Shown: in pieces, positions 38,165 through 50,325 of the stretch
Numbering within the stretch: position 1 is the first letter of the stretch
Layout: each line of letters starts with the position of its first letter
From: Heteronotia binoei
Lineage: Eukaryota
Reading direction: 5' to 3'
Assembly (NCBI RefSeq): GCF_032191835.1
Contig: NC_083227.1
Location: 166,842,001 to 166,906,000, forward strand
Length of the DNA: 64,000 bases
Notes under the pieces: generated by a model
Seen by the model: the letters and a program-made list of their open reading frames with translations, nothing else
Told to the model about the DNA's origin: nothing
Databases searched by the model: none
Position numbers and translations under genes: made by a program

Positions 38165-39605
38165 TTATTTATTTATTTGTTTTGTTCGATTTATATCCCG
38201 CCCTACCCCACCAAAGCGGGCTCAGGGCGGCTTACAATACAGAATGCTAACAGTAAATCAGTTTAAAATACATTAATGATTATACAATAAAATACATAAA
38301 AATACATAAAACTCACATCAATATACGATGCTACCTCTTCCCTAAATCAATTCTTCCAAGTATTCCAGTGTTCAATATTCTGATGTTCATAAGTTTAAAT
38401 ATTCAGGCATCCCGGTATCGATCAGTTGTATGCCAACCGGACGAGGGCTGTTTTCCAGGCCCTGCGGAACTGTAAAAGAAGCTGCCTGCTATAACCAGTT
38501 GTATTCCTCTTTTCATAGACCAGCAGCCATAGGGTTGTAACCTCTGGGGGGCAGGATGTGGGCTCCCTTATGAAATTCTGTTTGGGAGGTTACAGGACTT
38601 TGCTGGGTTTGTTGCTCTTTGGCCTACTTTTCTCTTTCCTCTTATTTGTTTATTTATTTGGTGGATTTATATTCTGCCTTACCCCGCAAAAGGGCTCAGG
38701 GTGGATTGCAACAAAATCAAACAATTGACATCAATAAAACATTACATTAAAACGGTTAAAACAACCTGGTTGCAGAGCAGGAGACAAGATTGATTCACGT
38801 TAATACAGTTTCCAGCCGGCCAACATATCAGAAGGGTGACGCCATACTTTAGGTGAGCCGTCGAAAGGTGGAAGGCTTCAGCGAGGGAGGCTGGTTTATT
38901 TTCATTTGGACACCCACTGTTTCATTTTAAGGCCCGGTGGAACAACTCCATTTTGCAAACCCTGCAGAATGGTAACAAATCTGACAGGGCCCTGATCTCT
39001 AATGGGAGCATGTTCCGCCAGGGCAGAAAAAAACCCTGGCCCTAGTCGAGGCTCGTGAGACGTCCCTTGGGCTGGGGACAACTGCAGGTGTTGATTTTCT
39101 GAGTGTGAAGTGTAAAGCCCTTCAGAGCACATATGGGGAGAGGCAGTCCCTCAGATATGTCAGTCCGAGGCTGTGCAGGGTTTTGAAGGTCAATACCAAA
39201 ATCTTGAAGTGAATCCAGTACTCAATAGGTAGCCAGTGCAAATGGCGTAGCACCAGCTGAATACACGCCTACACGGGCAGCACCGTCAGCAGGGGCACTG
39301 CCACATTTTGCACCAGCTGGAGTTTCCAGATTAGCCCCCTTGTAGAGCAAGCTGCAGTAATCCAGTCTGGAAGTGACCGTTGCATGGGTCGCTGTAGCTA
39401 AATCCTGAGAAGAGAGGTGGAGTGTTCAGCTGCCTGATCTGCCAGAGGTAATAAAAGGCCGACCTGGCAGCTGCAGTGACCTGGGCCTCCATAGAGAGTG
39501 AGGGATCTAGCACCACTCTCAGGCTCTTCACCTTCTTGGCCAGCACAAATGGCGTAGCGTCAGTGTAGAGCAAGGGCTGCTGTAAGATCTTCTGTCTCTG
39601 GTTCA
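38165..39605 (-). mobile_element. Two L2 fragments (38165-38472 and 38640-39605)
   Basis: L2 tails and decayed ORF2 similarity. Confidence 0.7.
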
Positions 39606-39719
39606 ATATCTTGTGGAGTCTCACTCTCAAGAATGATGTATATATCAAGAATGATACACAGGTGATTTTTGACCCATCTTTTAGCCTTTTTGATGTCCAT
39701 GTTTACCTTTCCCCCACAG

Positions 39720-39848
39720 ATGTGAGGAGTATCTTCAGCAAGTGGAATGTTTTTATCGTTGTTCCCCTATTGCTGCCCAATGGCCTCATCCTCAGCGACC
39801 CACAGCTGTGCTGGCTGTGCCTCTTTGCCAGAACTTCTGTGAAGAATG
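39720..39848 (+). CDS. RTBDN: RTBDN coding exon 3
   Basis: cccccacag|A...TG|gtgagt, 129 nt. Encodes CEEYLQQVECFYRCSPIAAQWPHPQRPTAVLAVPLCQNFCEE(W). Not called in the ORF track; found by manual translation. Confidence 0.93.
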
Positions 39849-39903
39849 GTGAGTTAAATCGGCAGAGAAAGCATCATGTGGAATATGAAGGAATGGTGTA
39901 AAG

Positions 39904-40246
39904 CAGGGGTCCTCAAACTACGGCCCGCAGGCCAGATGCGGCCCGCTGAGGACGTTTATGCGGCCCGCCGGGTTATGGCAAAATCAGACCGGAAGTGACG
40001 TTCGACCTAAACTCGCGTTAGCAACGCACACTTCCGGCACTGGGCTGAGGCGGCGGAGACAGAGTGTGAGGTGATACCAAGGTGAGGTGAGTTCCCAGGC
40101 CGGGGTGTGTGGTGTGGGGAAGGGAGAGAGATGCAGAAGACGGAGAACTGACAGCCCGCGGCCTTGTACAGTAACGGCGGTCCGGCCCTCCAACAGTCTG
40201 AGGGACAGTGAACTGGCCCCCTATTTAAAAAGTTTGAGGACCCCTG
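39904..40246. mobile_element. Non-autonomous hAT (Charlie group, OposCharlie1-like termini)
   Basis: TIR caggggtcctcaaact / agtttgaggacccctg; perfect 8-bp TSD gtgtaaag; CpG-rich. Confidence 0.9.
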
Positions 40247-40287
40247 GTGTAAAGAATGGTTTAGGATAGTGGAACATTAGCAAATGA

Positions 40288-41208
40288 CTAGTATTTAAAG
40301 AAGTACTCTAAAAGAAAAGAGGGGTCATTAGAAATTCGGAATTGGCTATAGATGTTACGTAATTGAGTTTTTAATACTCTGTAGTCTTCAGTGAACCAAG
40401 AGTTAATGCCCCTATTCTTTTTAATAGAATGATTAGGTTTTATACTGAATGATTGAGAAAAATGGGAAATCAGAGTATTGTAAGCTGAGATCTTTGGTGT
40501 GGGATCCATGCTATCAATTATAGAGGCTCTAAGATCAGAAAAAGATCTGAGCTGAAGTTGAGATGTCACCTGCATAGAATGGTCATTCCATACAATTTTA
40601 GGTAGGATTTCTGGCCCAGAGGTCAAAGCAACAGGTGGATGGAAAGGGGCAGCGAAAAGGCTGGTTCTGAGTGTTAGGATCAGAGGCAGGTAGTCACTAA
40701 TAACAAAATCCCCAATCTCAAAGTTCAAAATGCAAGATTCCAAGAGAGGAGAAACTAGAAAGTAATCAATTACGTCACAACCTTTTATAGAAACAAAAGT
40801 GAATTTGCTGGCTTTAGGGAAACAGGTAAGTCCATTCAGCCATACTCTATTGAACTGAAAGCAAAATTTGGTGAGATGAATTATTGTAGCAATCTTTAAT
40901 CTCTCTGAGAAAAAGAGAGGGGGAAGGGTATCATTCTGATTGATTTCAAGAGCTCTGAAAAATATCAGGCGGTCCCTACCTACTCTCGCAATAAAATACC
41001 CAACAGAGGGAAATTTCCATTCTAATGTTCCCATAAAAATAGACATATGTTCCCAATGTTGTGAAGGGGCATGGCTATCTAGGGTAGGGGACACATATAG
41101 ATTAACCATAATCAAAATGGATCTTTCAAAGAGAAGTTTAACAGCTTGTTCTGAATAAGTAACATAGTAGCTGTACAGTTTAAATGTAAGGAAATAAAAA
41201 TAGCCCAA
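40288..41208 (-). pseudogene. Non-LTR retrotransposon APE endonuclease fragment, clade undetermined
   Basis: WLNG...FTFVS...VIDYFLVS...SDYLP resembles the APE C-terminus (IDY...SDH); the catalytic His is replaced by Tyr. Confidence 0.65.
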
Positions 41209-41819
41209 CTTGAAAAAGACGTTTAGGTTTGACTCTATAGGCCGGGAGACAGAAGAAATTAAATCCTTCTAATTGGATCGCATTGTGAGACCATGTTTCC
41301 TGCAAAAGTTTTTAACTAGCGAAGAAAAGCTTTTTAGCTAACGAAGAAAATTCACATCGTTGACCTTACTCCTCCATCCTGCAATGCTCCAGGAAATTAT
41401 TTTTAATGTGGTTGGAGCAGGAGTAACTGAAAGTCAGTTTGCTGCAAAGAGTCAGTCAAGAGAGTTGTTCATATCATGGAATACACAGCCATTAGCTGAG
41501 CCACTTTGAAGGTCAGAGATTGTTTCCTGCAGGTTTTGTTGAGTTATTTTAAACCCCTTGCTAAGGTGGGAATTATTAGTTTCTGAGATAGTAGTATGCA
41601 TCTCAGCTTGAGTTGAAAGATGAATGCTCTTCTCAGGGGCTTGTTGGGGATCCTTAGCAGTGTCTACTGGAGATGACAGTGTAGCAGGTGAGTGGCTTGT
41701 AACATCCAAAATGTTCCTTCACAGGCAGGCTGCCACTGTTTCCAGTTTATCAACTACAGCTGCCTTTTCAGATATAGGGAGCCCACTAAAGAGGTTCCAG
41801 GTAAAAAAAACAGCATGAC

Positions 41820-42261
41820 AAAGAAAAATTGGGGGGTACTTTGGGGAGCAGCACTAGATACTATACTGAAAATTTGGTGCCTCTACCTCAAAAAACAGCT
41901 CCCCCAGAGCCCCCGAAACCTCCAGATCAATTCCCCATTATACTCTATGAGAATCGATCTCCACATAGGGAATAATGAAGTGCTCAGCAGACGTTTCCCT
42001 CCCCCCCTCCCCCCGTTTCTGGCGAGTCTGAAGCAGGGGATTGGCCTCTCTACTCACAAGTTGCTGCCAACTTCTTCACAGCAGCACAGACACACCATCC
42101 CAAGAGGAAGCCTTTCAATCGGAGACTGAAGCCTTCGGAGGTGCAAAGGCACATGGTCCTCTGGGGGCGGGGCTTCCCCCCGCCGGCCAGCTGACTGGGG
42201 GCGGGAAGGAGCCTGGGAAAGCAGAAGAACTCCCGCTGAGACCTGGGGATTGGCAAGCCTA
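41820..42261. mobile_element. hAT MITE right-half fragment
   Basis: Family body ending ggggattggcaagccta. Confidence 0.7.
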
Positions 42262-42995
42262 AGTGGAGCCCAAAGCAGCTTATATTATTCCCTTCTCTGT
42301 TTTATCCTCATAACAACCCTGCAAGGTAGATTAGTCTAAGAGAGAGTGATTGTAGGGATTTGAACCTGGGGCTCCTGGATCCTGGGCAGACACTCTAATC
42401 ACTACACCACACAGGCTCTCAGTTTTCCCTCCCCCTGGCAGCCTCTCTCTGGGAAAAGTCCGGCCTAGTTGCAAATAGGTTTGCCAGGTCTGACTCAGTA
42501 AATATCTGGGGACTTTGATGGTGGAGCCAGGAGTAAGGTTGTGACAAGCACAACTGAATTCTGAAGGAAGTTCTGGCCATCACATTTAAAGGGACTGTGC
42601 TCCTGTGGTGCTAGCAACAGTTTTCTCCCAGATCAGCTGACTCAAAACATCAGAGCAAGACTAGGAGAACAATGGAAAAACTACTTCTGGTAGGCACAAT
42701 CAGCAATGGAGAAATGATAAAGGGAGGGATGGCTATTACGGTTAAGGGTTTTGGATTCTCCTTCCCTGTCACTTCTCCATTCCTGACTGGGCTCATGGGA
42801 AGCCGTTTTCCCATTTAAAGGCAACCTGCAGGCCACTGTTACAGCATTTGTCCCAGCAGCTCTAAGGAAAGAACAAATATCCTGTGTGGCTACTATATGT
42901 GCCTGTGAACAGCCTAGGTTAAGTGGCCACACTTTGTATTCTACCATGAAATTTCACCTGCCTTCCTTATTTCCCCATTCCGCCTCACCTCACAG

Positions 42996-43104
42996 GTACG
43001 ATGCTTGCAAGGAAGACCTGACCTGCGCTCACAATTGGCTTACAGACTGGCACTGGGGGCCTGATGGGAATAATTGCAGTCAGGAGTGCGTTTCATATGG
43101 CCAG
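42996..43104 (+). CDS. RTBDN: RTBDN coding exon 4
   Basis: cctcacag|G...CAG|gtgaga, 109 nt. Encodes YDACKEDLTCAHNWLTDWHWGPDGNNCSQECVSYGQ. Confidence 0.93.
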
Positions 43105-43154
43105 GTGAGAGCAGCAAACATGATAATTAACAACAGACACAGTGCCTCCTCCTT

Positions 43155-43503
43155 CCCAGTTTGGTGTAGTGGTTAAGTGTGCGGACTCTTATCTGGGAGA
43201 ACCGGGTTTGATTCCCCACTCCTCCACTTGCACCTGCTAGCATGGACTTGGGCCAGCCAGAGCTCTGGCAGAGGTTGTCCTTGAAAGGGCAGCTGCTGGG
43301 AGAGCCCTCTCCAGCCCCACCCACCTCACAGGGTGTCTGTTGTGGGGGAGGAAGGTAAAGGAGATTGTGAGCCGCTCTGAGACTCTTCGGAGTGGAGGGC
43401 GGGATATAAATCCAATATCTTCTTCTTCTTCTTCTTCTTCTTCTTCTTCTTCTTCTTCTTCTTCTTCTTCTTCTTCTTCTTCTTCTTCCTCCTCCTCCTC
43501 CTC
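43155..43503 (+). mobile_element. SINE with L2-type tail and (TTC)n(CTC)n
   Basis: Same family as 32143-32475, inserted ~50 nt after the RTBDN exon 4 donor. Confidence 0.88.
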
Positions 43504-44265
43504 CCTGTGCCAACAGATTCTGTGGGCAGCTCTATTCGGGAGGGAGAGGCAATTGTTTTGAAGCTGAGGGGATGACTAGAAATTGGGACTCTCCTCCCTC
43601 CAGGAAGGCAGGCACCAATTACCAATTCAGCCTGCCCAGAGGACAGATGTTACTGAAATCAAATAAGTGGTGTGATAAGTGCTTTATTGGGAATTTGATG
43701 TTATCTCAGGCTGTGGGGTTTTCTAGAAAATTCCAGTCTTTTACAGAATAATGTTTTCAGCCCTCATAAAAAGGCATACATTTTAACAAAATCCAAACAT
43801 TTGAGAGTGAGATTAGACCAAGCCCCCACAAACCCACAACACTCTTATCTCCTCCTTCTTATAAATAAATACATTCTGCTGTATATGTGATGACTCACTT
43901 GTAAGTAACAGTCGAATCAGCATTTGATTTGCTGGTCATGCAAAGTCCAGATAGGTAGCCATATCTGGCTGCAGCTGCAAAATAAAACAGAAGTCTGCTG
44001 ACACCTTAAAGATTAATAACTTTAATTCCAGCACTCGTATCACTATATGCATCACATTGTTTATTCCTACATAACTGTTCTCCCCCCCCGCCCCCCCCAA
44101 TCTTCAAGGTGCCACCTGATGCCTCTTTTATTTTATCAAGCTAATTGTGAAGCAAGGGTTATACAATAGTTGAAGAATCTGCTCTGGTTTCTGTTTAAAT
44201 GCTACTGTATGTCAGTTTTTAGTCTTGAGTATTGACATCCCTAAAAGGCAAATCATTGTATATAC

Positions 44266-44402
44266 CAGGGGTGGCCAACGGTAGCTCCCCAGATGTTTTC
44301 TTGCCTACAACTCCCATCAGCCCCAGCCATTGGCCACGCTGGCTGCAGCTGATGGGAGTTGTAGGCAAAAAACATCTGGAGAGCTACCGTTGGCCACCCC
44401 TG
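44266..44402. mobile_element. Small palindromic hAT MITE
   Basis: caggggtggccaacgg...ccgttggccacccctg; TSD gtatatac / gtatataa. Confidence 0.9.
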
Positions 44403-44579
44403 GTATATAAAGATCAGCCAGCTCTGCAGGATCTCAGGTTGAGGTCTTTCACAGCACTTATCCTGGAGATGCGAACAATTGAGCTGTTCCTAGGATCTTT
44501 TGCATGCAAAGCAAATACTCTATTGTTCAGCCAGTCTTTCCCTGTCTATCCAGATAGTAAATGCTTATTTTTTTTTTTA

Positions 44580-47310
44580 AGTAAATTTATATTTTACCCT
44601 GCCAATGGGCTCAGGGCTGATTACAACATAATTAAACAATTAAAACAATAACGTGACAACCAATAAAAACAATGCATAAAAACACTAGACTTCCTGGTTA
44701 CAGAGCAGGAGGCAAAATAATTCATAACAGTTTCAGCTGGCCAAAAATCCAAACAATGATAACTGGGCTGTTAGATGAAACCGTTCAGCACATTTCTGTA
44801 CATTTCAGTGTGCTACAATAAGGGAGCCGATCTGATTTAGCTTGGAAGTCCATTGCCTTAATTGAAGGCCTGGAAGAGCAGCTCCATCTTACAAGCCCTG
44901 CAAAACGGTAACAAATCCGGCAGGGCTCTAACCTCCAATGGGAGCATGTTCCGTGAGGCCCGCGGCCAGGGCAGAAAAAACCCTGGCCCTAGTCAAGGCT
45001 AGATGGGTGTCCTTAGGGCCGGGGACAACCAGCAAATGTTGGTTCTCTGAGTGTAGAGCCCTTCAGGGTACATACAGGGATAGGTGGTCCTCAGATATGT
45101 CAGTCAGTTTGGTGTAGTGGTTAAGTGTGCGGACTCTTATCTGGGAGAACCGGCTTTGATTCTCCACTCCTCCACTTGCACCTGCTGGAATGGCCTTGGG
45201 TCAGCCACAGCTCTGGCAGAAGTTGTCCTTGAAAGGGCAGCTGCTGTGAGAGCCCTCTCCAGCCCCACCCACCTCACAGGGTGTCTGTTGTGGGGGAGGA
45301 AGGCAAAGGAGATTGTGAGCCGCTCTGAGACTCTTCGGAGTGGAGGGCGGGATATAAATCCACTATCTTCATCTACCTCACAGGGTGTCTGTTGTGGGGG
45401 AGGAAGGGAAAGGAGATTGTGAGCCGCTCTGAGACTCTTCGGAGTGGAGGGCGGGATATAAATACAATATCTTCATCTACCTCACAGGGTGTCTGTTGTG
45501 GGGGAGGAAGGCAAAGGAGATTGTGAGCCGCTCTGAGACTCTTCGGAGTGGAGGGCGGGATATAAATCCAATATCTTCATCTACCTCACAGGGTGTCTGT
45601 TGTGGGGGAGGAAGGGAAAGGAGATGGTGAGCCGCTCTGAGGCTCTTCGGAGTGGAGGGCGGGATATAAATCCAATATCTTCATCTACCTCACAGGGTGT
45701 CTGTTGTGGGGGAGGAAGGGAAAGGAGATGGTGAGCCGCTCTGAGGCTCTTCGGAGTGGAGGGCGGGATATAAATCCAATATCTTCATCTACCTCACAGG
45801 GTGTCTGTTGTGGGGGAGGAAGGGAAAGGAGATGGTGAGCCGCTCTGAGGCTCTTCGGAGTGGAGGGCGGGATATAAATCCAATATCTTCATCTACCTCA
45901 CAGGGTGTCTGTTGTGGGGGAGGAAGGTAAAGGAGATTGTGAGCCGCTCTGAGACTCTTCGGAGTGGAGGGCGGGATATAAATCCAATATCTTCATCTAC
46001 CTCACAGGGTGTCTGTTGTGGGGGAGGAAGGTAAAGGAGATTGTGAGCCGCTCTGAGACTCTTCGGAGTGGAGGGCAGGATATAAATCCAATATCTTCAT
46101 CTACCTCACAGGGTGTCTGTTGTGGGGGAGGAAGGTAAAGGAGATTGTGAGCCGCTCTGAGACTCTTCGGAGTGGAGGGCGGGATAGAAATCCAATATCT
46201 TCTTCTTCAGTCCCAGGTTGCACAGGGCTTTGAAAGTCAATACCAAAACCTTGAAGCGAATCCAATGCAAATGGCATCGCGCTGGTCGGATACATGCCCG
46301 CACAGGCAATGCCATCAACAGGGGTGCCGCCACATTTTGCACCAGCTGGAGCTTCTGGATTAACTCCAAGGGCAAGCCCACATAGAGCGAGTTACAGTAG
46401 TCCAGTCTGGAAGTGACCATTGCGTGGGTCACTGTAGCGAAGTCCTGAGGGAGAGATCGGGTGCCAGCTGCCTAATCTGTTGAAAGTAACAAAAGGCCAA
46501 CTTGGCAACTGTCGTGACCCGGGCCTCCGTAGAAAGTGAGGCATCCAGGATCACTCCCAGGCTCTTCACCTGGGCTGGCACAAGAGGTGTGCTATCCAGG
46601 TCTGGTAGCCTGATACCCTGAGCTACTCCACTACAGGACCTCTGTCTTCGTTGAATTAAGCTTCAGATGACTCTGCTGCAACTACCCAGCCACGGCCCCC
46701 AGTGCCTCATCGGATGATCTGGGGTGGAGTCCAGACAACCATCCATCGACAGATAGAGCTGGATGTCATCTGTATACTGGTGACAACCCAACCCAAATCC
46801 CGAGGCTAACTGGGTGAGGGGGTGGATATAGATGTCGAAAATCATTGGTGAGAGAATTGCTTCCTACAGCACACCACGTTCAAGTGGCTATCGCGGGGAA
46901 ACCTCCTCGCAAAGCACCACCCTCTGTCCCCAACCATGGAGAAAGGAGGAAAGCCACTGTAAGCCAAAGCCCTGAACTCCTATATCGCAAGGCGGTGGGT
47001 CTTGAGGTCATAGTTGACTGTGTCAAATGCTGCTGTCAGATCTAAAACCAACAGCAGCCCTGACCCATCTCAATCCAGGTGTCTCTGGAGGTCATCTGTG
47101 AGGGCAAGTAATGCAGTCTCTGTTCTGTGGCCTGGGCAGAAGCTGGACTGGACTGGATCAAGGATAGATTCCTCCTCCAGGAAGGCCGGAAGCTCTTCAG
47201 GCACCACCTTCCCAACTATCTTGCCCAGAGGAATGGAAGGTTAGACACTGGGCGGTAGTTGGTGGACCCATAGGATCCAGTGTTGGTTTTTTCAAAAAGC
47301 GGACGAATCA
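44580..47310 (-). mobile_element. Older L2 split by a nested SINE array
   Basis: L2 sequence resumes at 46210 after the insertion; short target duplication (c)agtc. Confidence 0.75.
45105..46209 (+). mobile_element. SINE with nine tandem 104-bp tail units
   Basis: Unit starts at 45271, 45375, 45479, 45583, 45687, 45791, 45895, 45999 and 46103. Confidence 0.92.
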
Positions 47311-47655
47311 CTGTCGCTGACTGTATTAGAACCAGCACCTACTCTACAATTGTAACCAGATCGTTGGTGAGAATGAACGTTTTATAGCACACTACTATTT
47401 GCATCAAATAAATGTTGAAAACTAAGAGAGCTGTTTGGGGGTTGGGGTAGAGAAATGCTGACATTCTCTGGACTCAGTAAAAGCCATCAGAACCAACAAG
47501 ATTTCAAGGTCCCCTCCACACATATTCTAGTCCATGTTCTTACTACCAGAGAGCTTCCTCAGCCTGTGCTTCTGTGAGCCTGCGCCACTCAGACACCCAC
47601 TGAAAGCTGCATCAAAGCTCTGTGCTGGTTTACATTATTATTTTTCCTTCCTCAG

Positions 47656-47952
47656 ATGTACAAGGATGGGAAGGAGCTGTGTGAGACCATCTGGGACGAC
47701 TCTTTCGTAGTAAGCACTGATCCCTGTGAGTGCCTGACACTGACTGCTTCTGACACAGTTTTTTCAGCCTCTCATTCCCGCCATGAAGATAGTGATAGCA
47801 CTGAAGATCTGGAAGCCACAAAGGTGGACAGCAGAAGAATGGGCCGCAAAGGGCTTTGTCCAGGTAGCCCCCTGCTCCAGCGTCTGAAAAAGAACCTGCA
47901 GAAGCGTTCTGTCTTCATGGAAGATGTGGAGGGAAGCGGGAGTGGGTTCTGA
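47656..47952 (+). CDS. RTBDN: RTBDN terminal coding exon
   Basis: ttccttcctcag|ATG...TGA. Encodes MYKDGKELCETIWDDSF...LQKRSVFMEDVEGSGSGF*. The joined CDS is 789 nt (262 aa plus stop) with consistent phases. The symbol rests on adjacency to RNASEH2A (as in human) and the GSGSG C-terminus. Confidence 0.9.
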   Translation: MYKDGKELCETIWDDSFVVSTDPCECLTLTASDTVFSASHSRHEDSDSTEDLEATKVDSRRMGRKGLCPGSPLLQRLKKNLQKRSVFMEDVEGSGSGF

Positions 47953-48422
47953 TCCAATGAAGCCACCCTTCCAGGGGAAAACTACCCCCTCCCCTGTGAT
48001 TGCCTGGGCTCGGGGGGGGATCACTTGTGATCTATGCAAATCAGTCATGTCCCACATTTACCAGCTTCTTGTCATCTTGTCTAGTTCTGTGCAACTTGCT
48101 GTGGTCATGGAGTAGGAAACAGATCTGGCACTGTAGCTGGGCTCTGAGCCTTATGCTCTAGAATACAGTTTGTCCTAAAAGGGCACCTTCGTCACCCACA
48201 AGCCTACCCATGACCAGTGTAGTCTCCCCAGCTTTCTTCATTTTGTCTAGTTTGAAAGACAGGGTTAGAGTAATTTGCTGGTGACAACCTCATTCCCAGC
48301 ACCTTTCCTCTCTAGCTACTGTCCTCAGGTACCTCCAAGAGCTATGGTCCTTTATAAGATTCCCCTCTAGTGCAGTAAAAGACAAGGGAGATGTACATCC
48401 ATCGAAGGCTTGGGCATGGAAC

Positions 48423-48855
48423 CAGGGTTGCCAATCCCCAGCTGGGGGCAGGGAATCCCCTGGTTTGGAGTCGCTCCCCCCATTCAGGGTTATCAGAAAA
48501 TGGGGGGGAGGGGCTGAATATCCACTGGGCACTCCATTATACCCTATGGAGACCTCTTCCCATAGGGTATAATGGAGAATTGATCTGTGGGTATCTGGGA
48601 CTTGGGGGGGGGCATCTGGTGCCTCTCCTAAAAAAAACCCCCACATTTCAAAAAGATTGGACCAAGGGGTCCAGTTCTGTGAGTTCCAAAAGAAGGTGCC
48701 CCTATCCTCCATTACTTCCAATGAAGGGAAGGCATTTAAAAGGAGCACCATCCCTTTAAATGTGACGGCCGGAACTCCCTTCAGAGTTCAATCATTCTTG
48801 TTACAAGGGCTCCTGGCTGCACTGCCCAAGTCCCAAGCAGGATCTGGCAACCCTA
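48423..48855. mobile_element. hAT MITE copy without the VNTR
   Basis: cagggttgccaatcccc...gatctggcaacccta. Confidence 0.8.
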
Positions 48856-49949
48856 AGAATGCAGAGATTGCAGAAGTTGAAAACAACAGGTGAGGCAATT
48901 GCTGCTGGGCAGGAGGAGTCTTGCCCAACTGCTTACATGACTTCAGATACTGTGAGACCAGTCAAAAGGGGGGGGAAAGCCTTCGCTATTTGAGTTCAGC
49001 ATGGAGGCAGCAGGCACTGACTAGAGAAACTTCTGGCCAGTAGGTGGAGCCAGAGAGCTACATAGTTGGCCAAGCAAAGCCATCGCCTGACTAGCAGGAG
49101 CTTTTCATGCAACTCAGACGTGAGCAGAGACAAGACTGTGAAATTGATAGATTGCTAGTAGCTATTACTGTGCAGCACTTGAGTCAGGAAAAGCAAAGTT
49201 TCAAGCACTGTGTATAAAATGCACAGCACCCTATTAGAAGCGATGCCATGTGTTGTTTGTTCTAAATTAGCAACAAAGGCCGTAAGCAGTGTTCCCTCTA
49301 AGCTGAGTTAGTGTGAGCTAGCTCAGTTTTTTAGACTCCGTCTCACACATTTTTGTCTTAGCTCAGGAAAAATGACCTCAGAGCAAGCTAATTTATGCAG
49401 CAGCACACAACTTTAATGCCAGAAGCTCACAAAGAAGAATTTTTCCTCACAAGACTCCACAGCCTAGAGCAGGGGGGTGGGGAACCTATTTTCTGCCAAG
49501 GGCCATTTGGATATTTATAACATCATTTGTGGGCCATACAAAATTATCAACTTAAAAAACAGTGTTCCAAGGGAGAACGATTCAGGCCAGCAAAATTAAT
49601 GCAAATAATTGTTTTTCTATTTGAAGTTATGTGGGGCAAGCCTAATTTTGCGTACCTCCCCCCCCCACCCCACCCCAGCCTGCCACCCTAGGTAAATGCC
49701 TAGGTTCAAGGCTTTTTTTTGTAGAAAAAGTCCAGCAGGAACTCATTAGCATATTAGACCACATCCCCTAGAATTAGCATATTAGGCCACACCATCTGGG
49801 ATAATCATGTGCAAATTGAACTGGAGGTAGCTGGCTCCCACTCCCCACTCCAGCCACCTCTCCCTCCAGAAACTGGAGCTGCTCCCAGCAGACCTTTAAA
49901 GGCACCCACATACCCCAGCAGCAGTCCTTCACAATGCCCACTAAGGTTC

Positions 49950-50325
49950 CACCGAGAGAAAGAGAGAGAAGGAGGAAGGAAGGAATGGAAATAAAGAAAT
50001 GGGGGGAAGAGTAATAAAGGAAAATAATGAGGGGAAGAAAGGAAGATAAAGGGAAATAAAGAAATGGGGGAAGAAAGGAGCATAAAGGGAAATGAATGAG
50101 AGAAAGAAAGGGAAATAAAAAGGGGAGAAGAAATGGAAAGAAAGTGAAATAAACTAGGGAAGAAAGGATAATAAAGGAAAATAAAGAGGGGAAGAAAGGG
50201 GGATAAAGGAAAATAAAGAAATGGGGGGAAGAAACTGAAAGGGAAAGGAAGAAAGGGGAATTAAGGGAAACAAAGAAATAGGGGGAAGAAATAGAACGAA
50301 AGGGAAATAAAGAAATGAGGGGAAA
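49950..50325. repeat. Purine-rich low-complexity tract
   Basis: Almost entirely A/G on +; it produces the spurious F/L/P-rich ORF 49774-50457. Confidence 0.9.
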
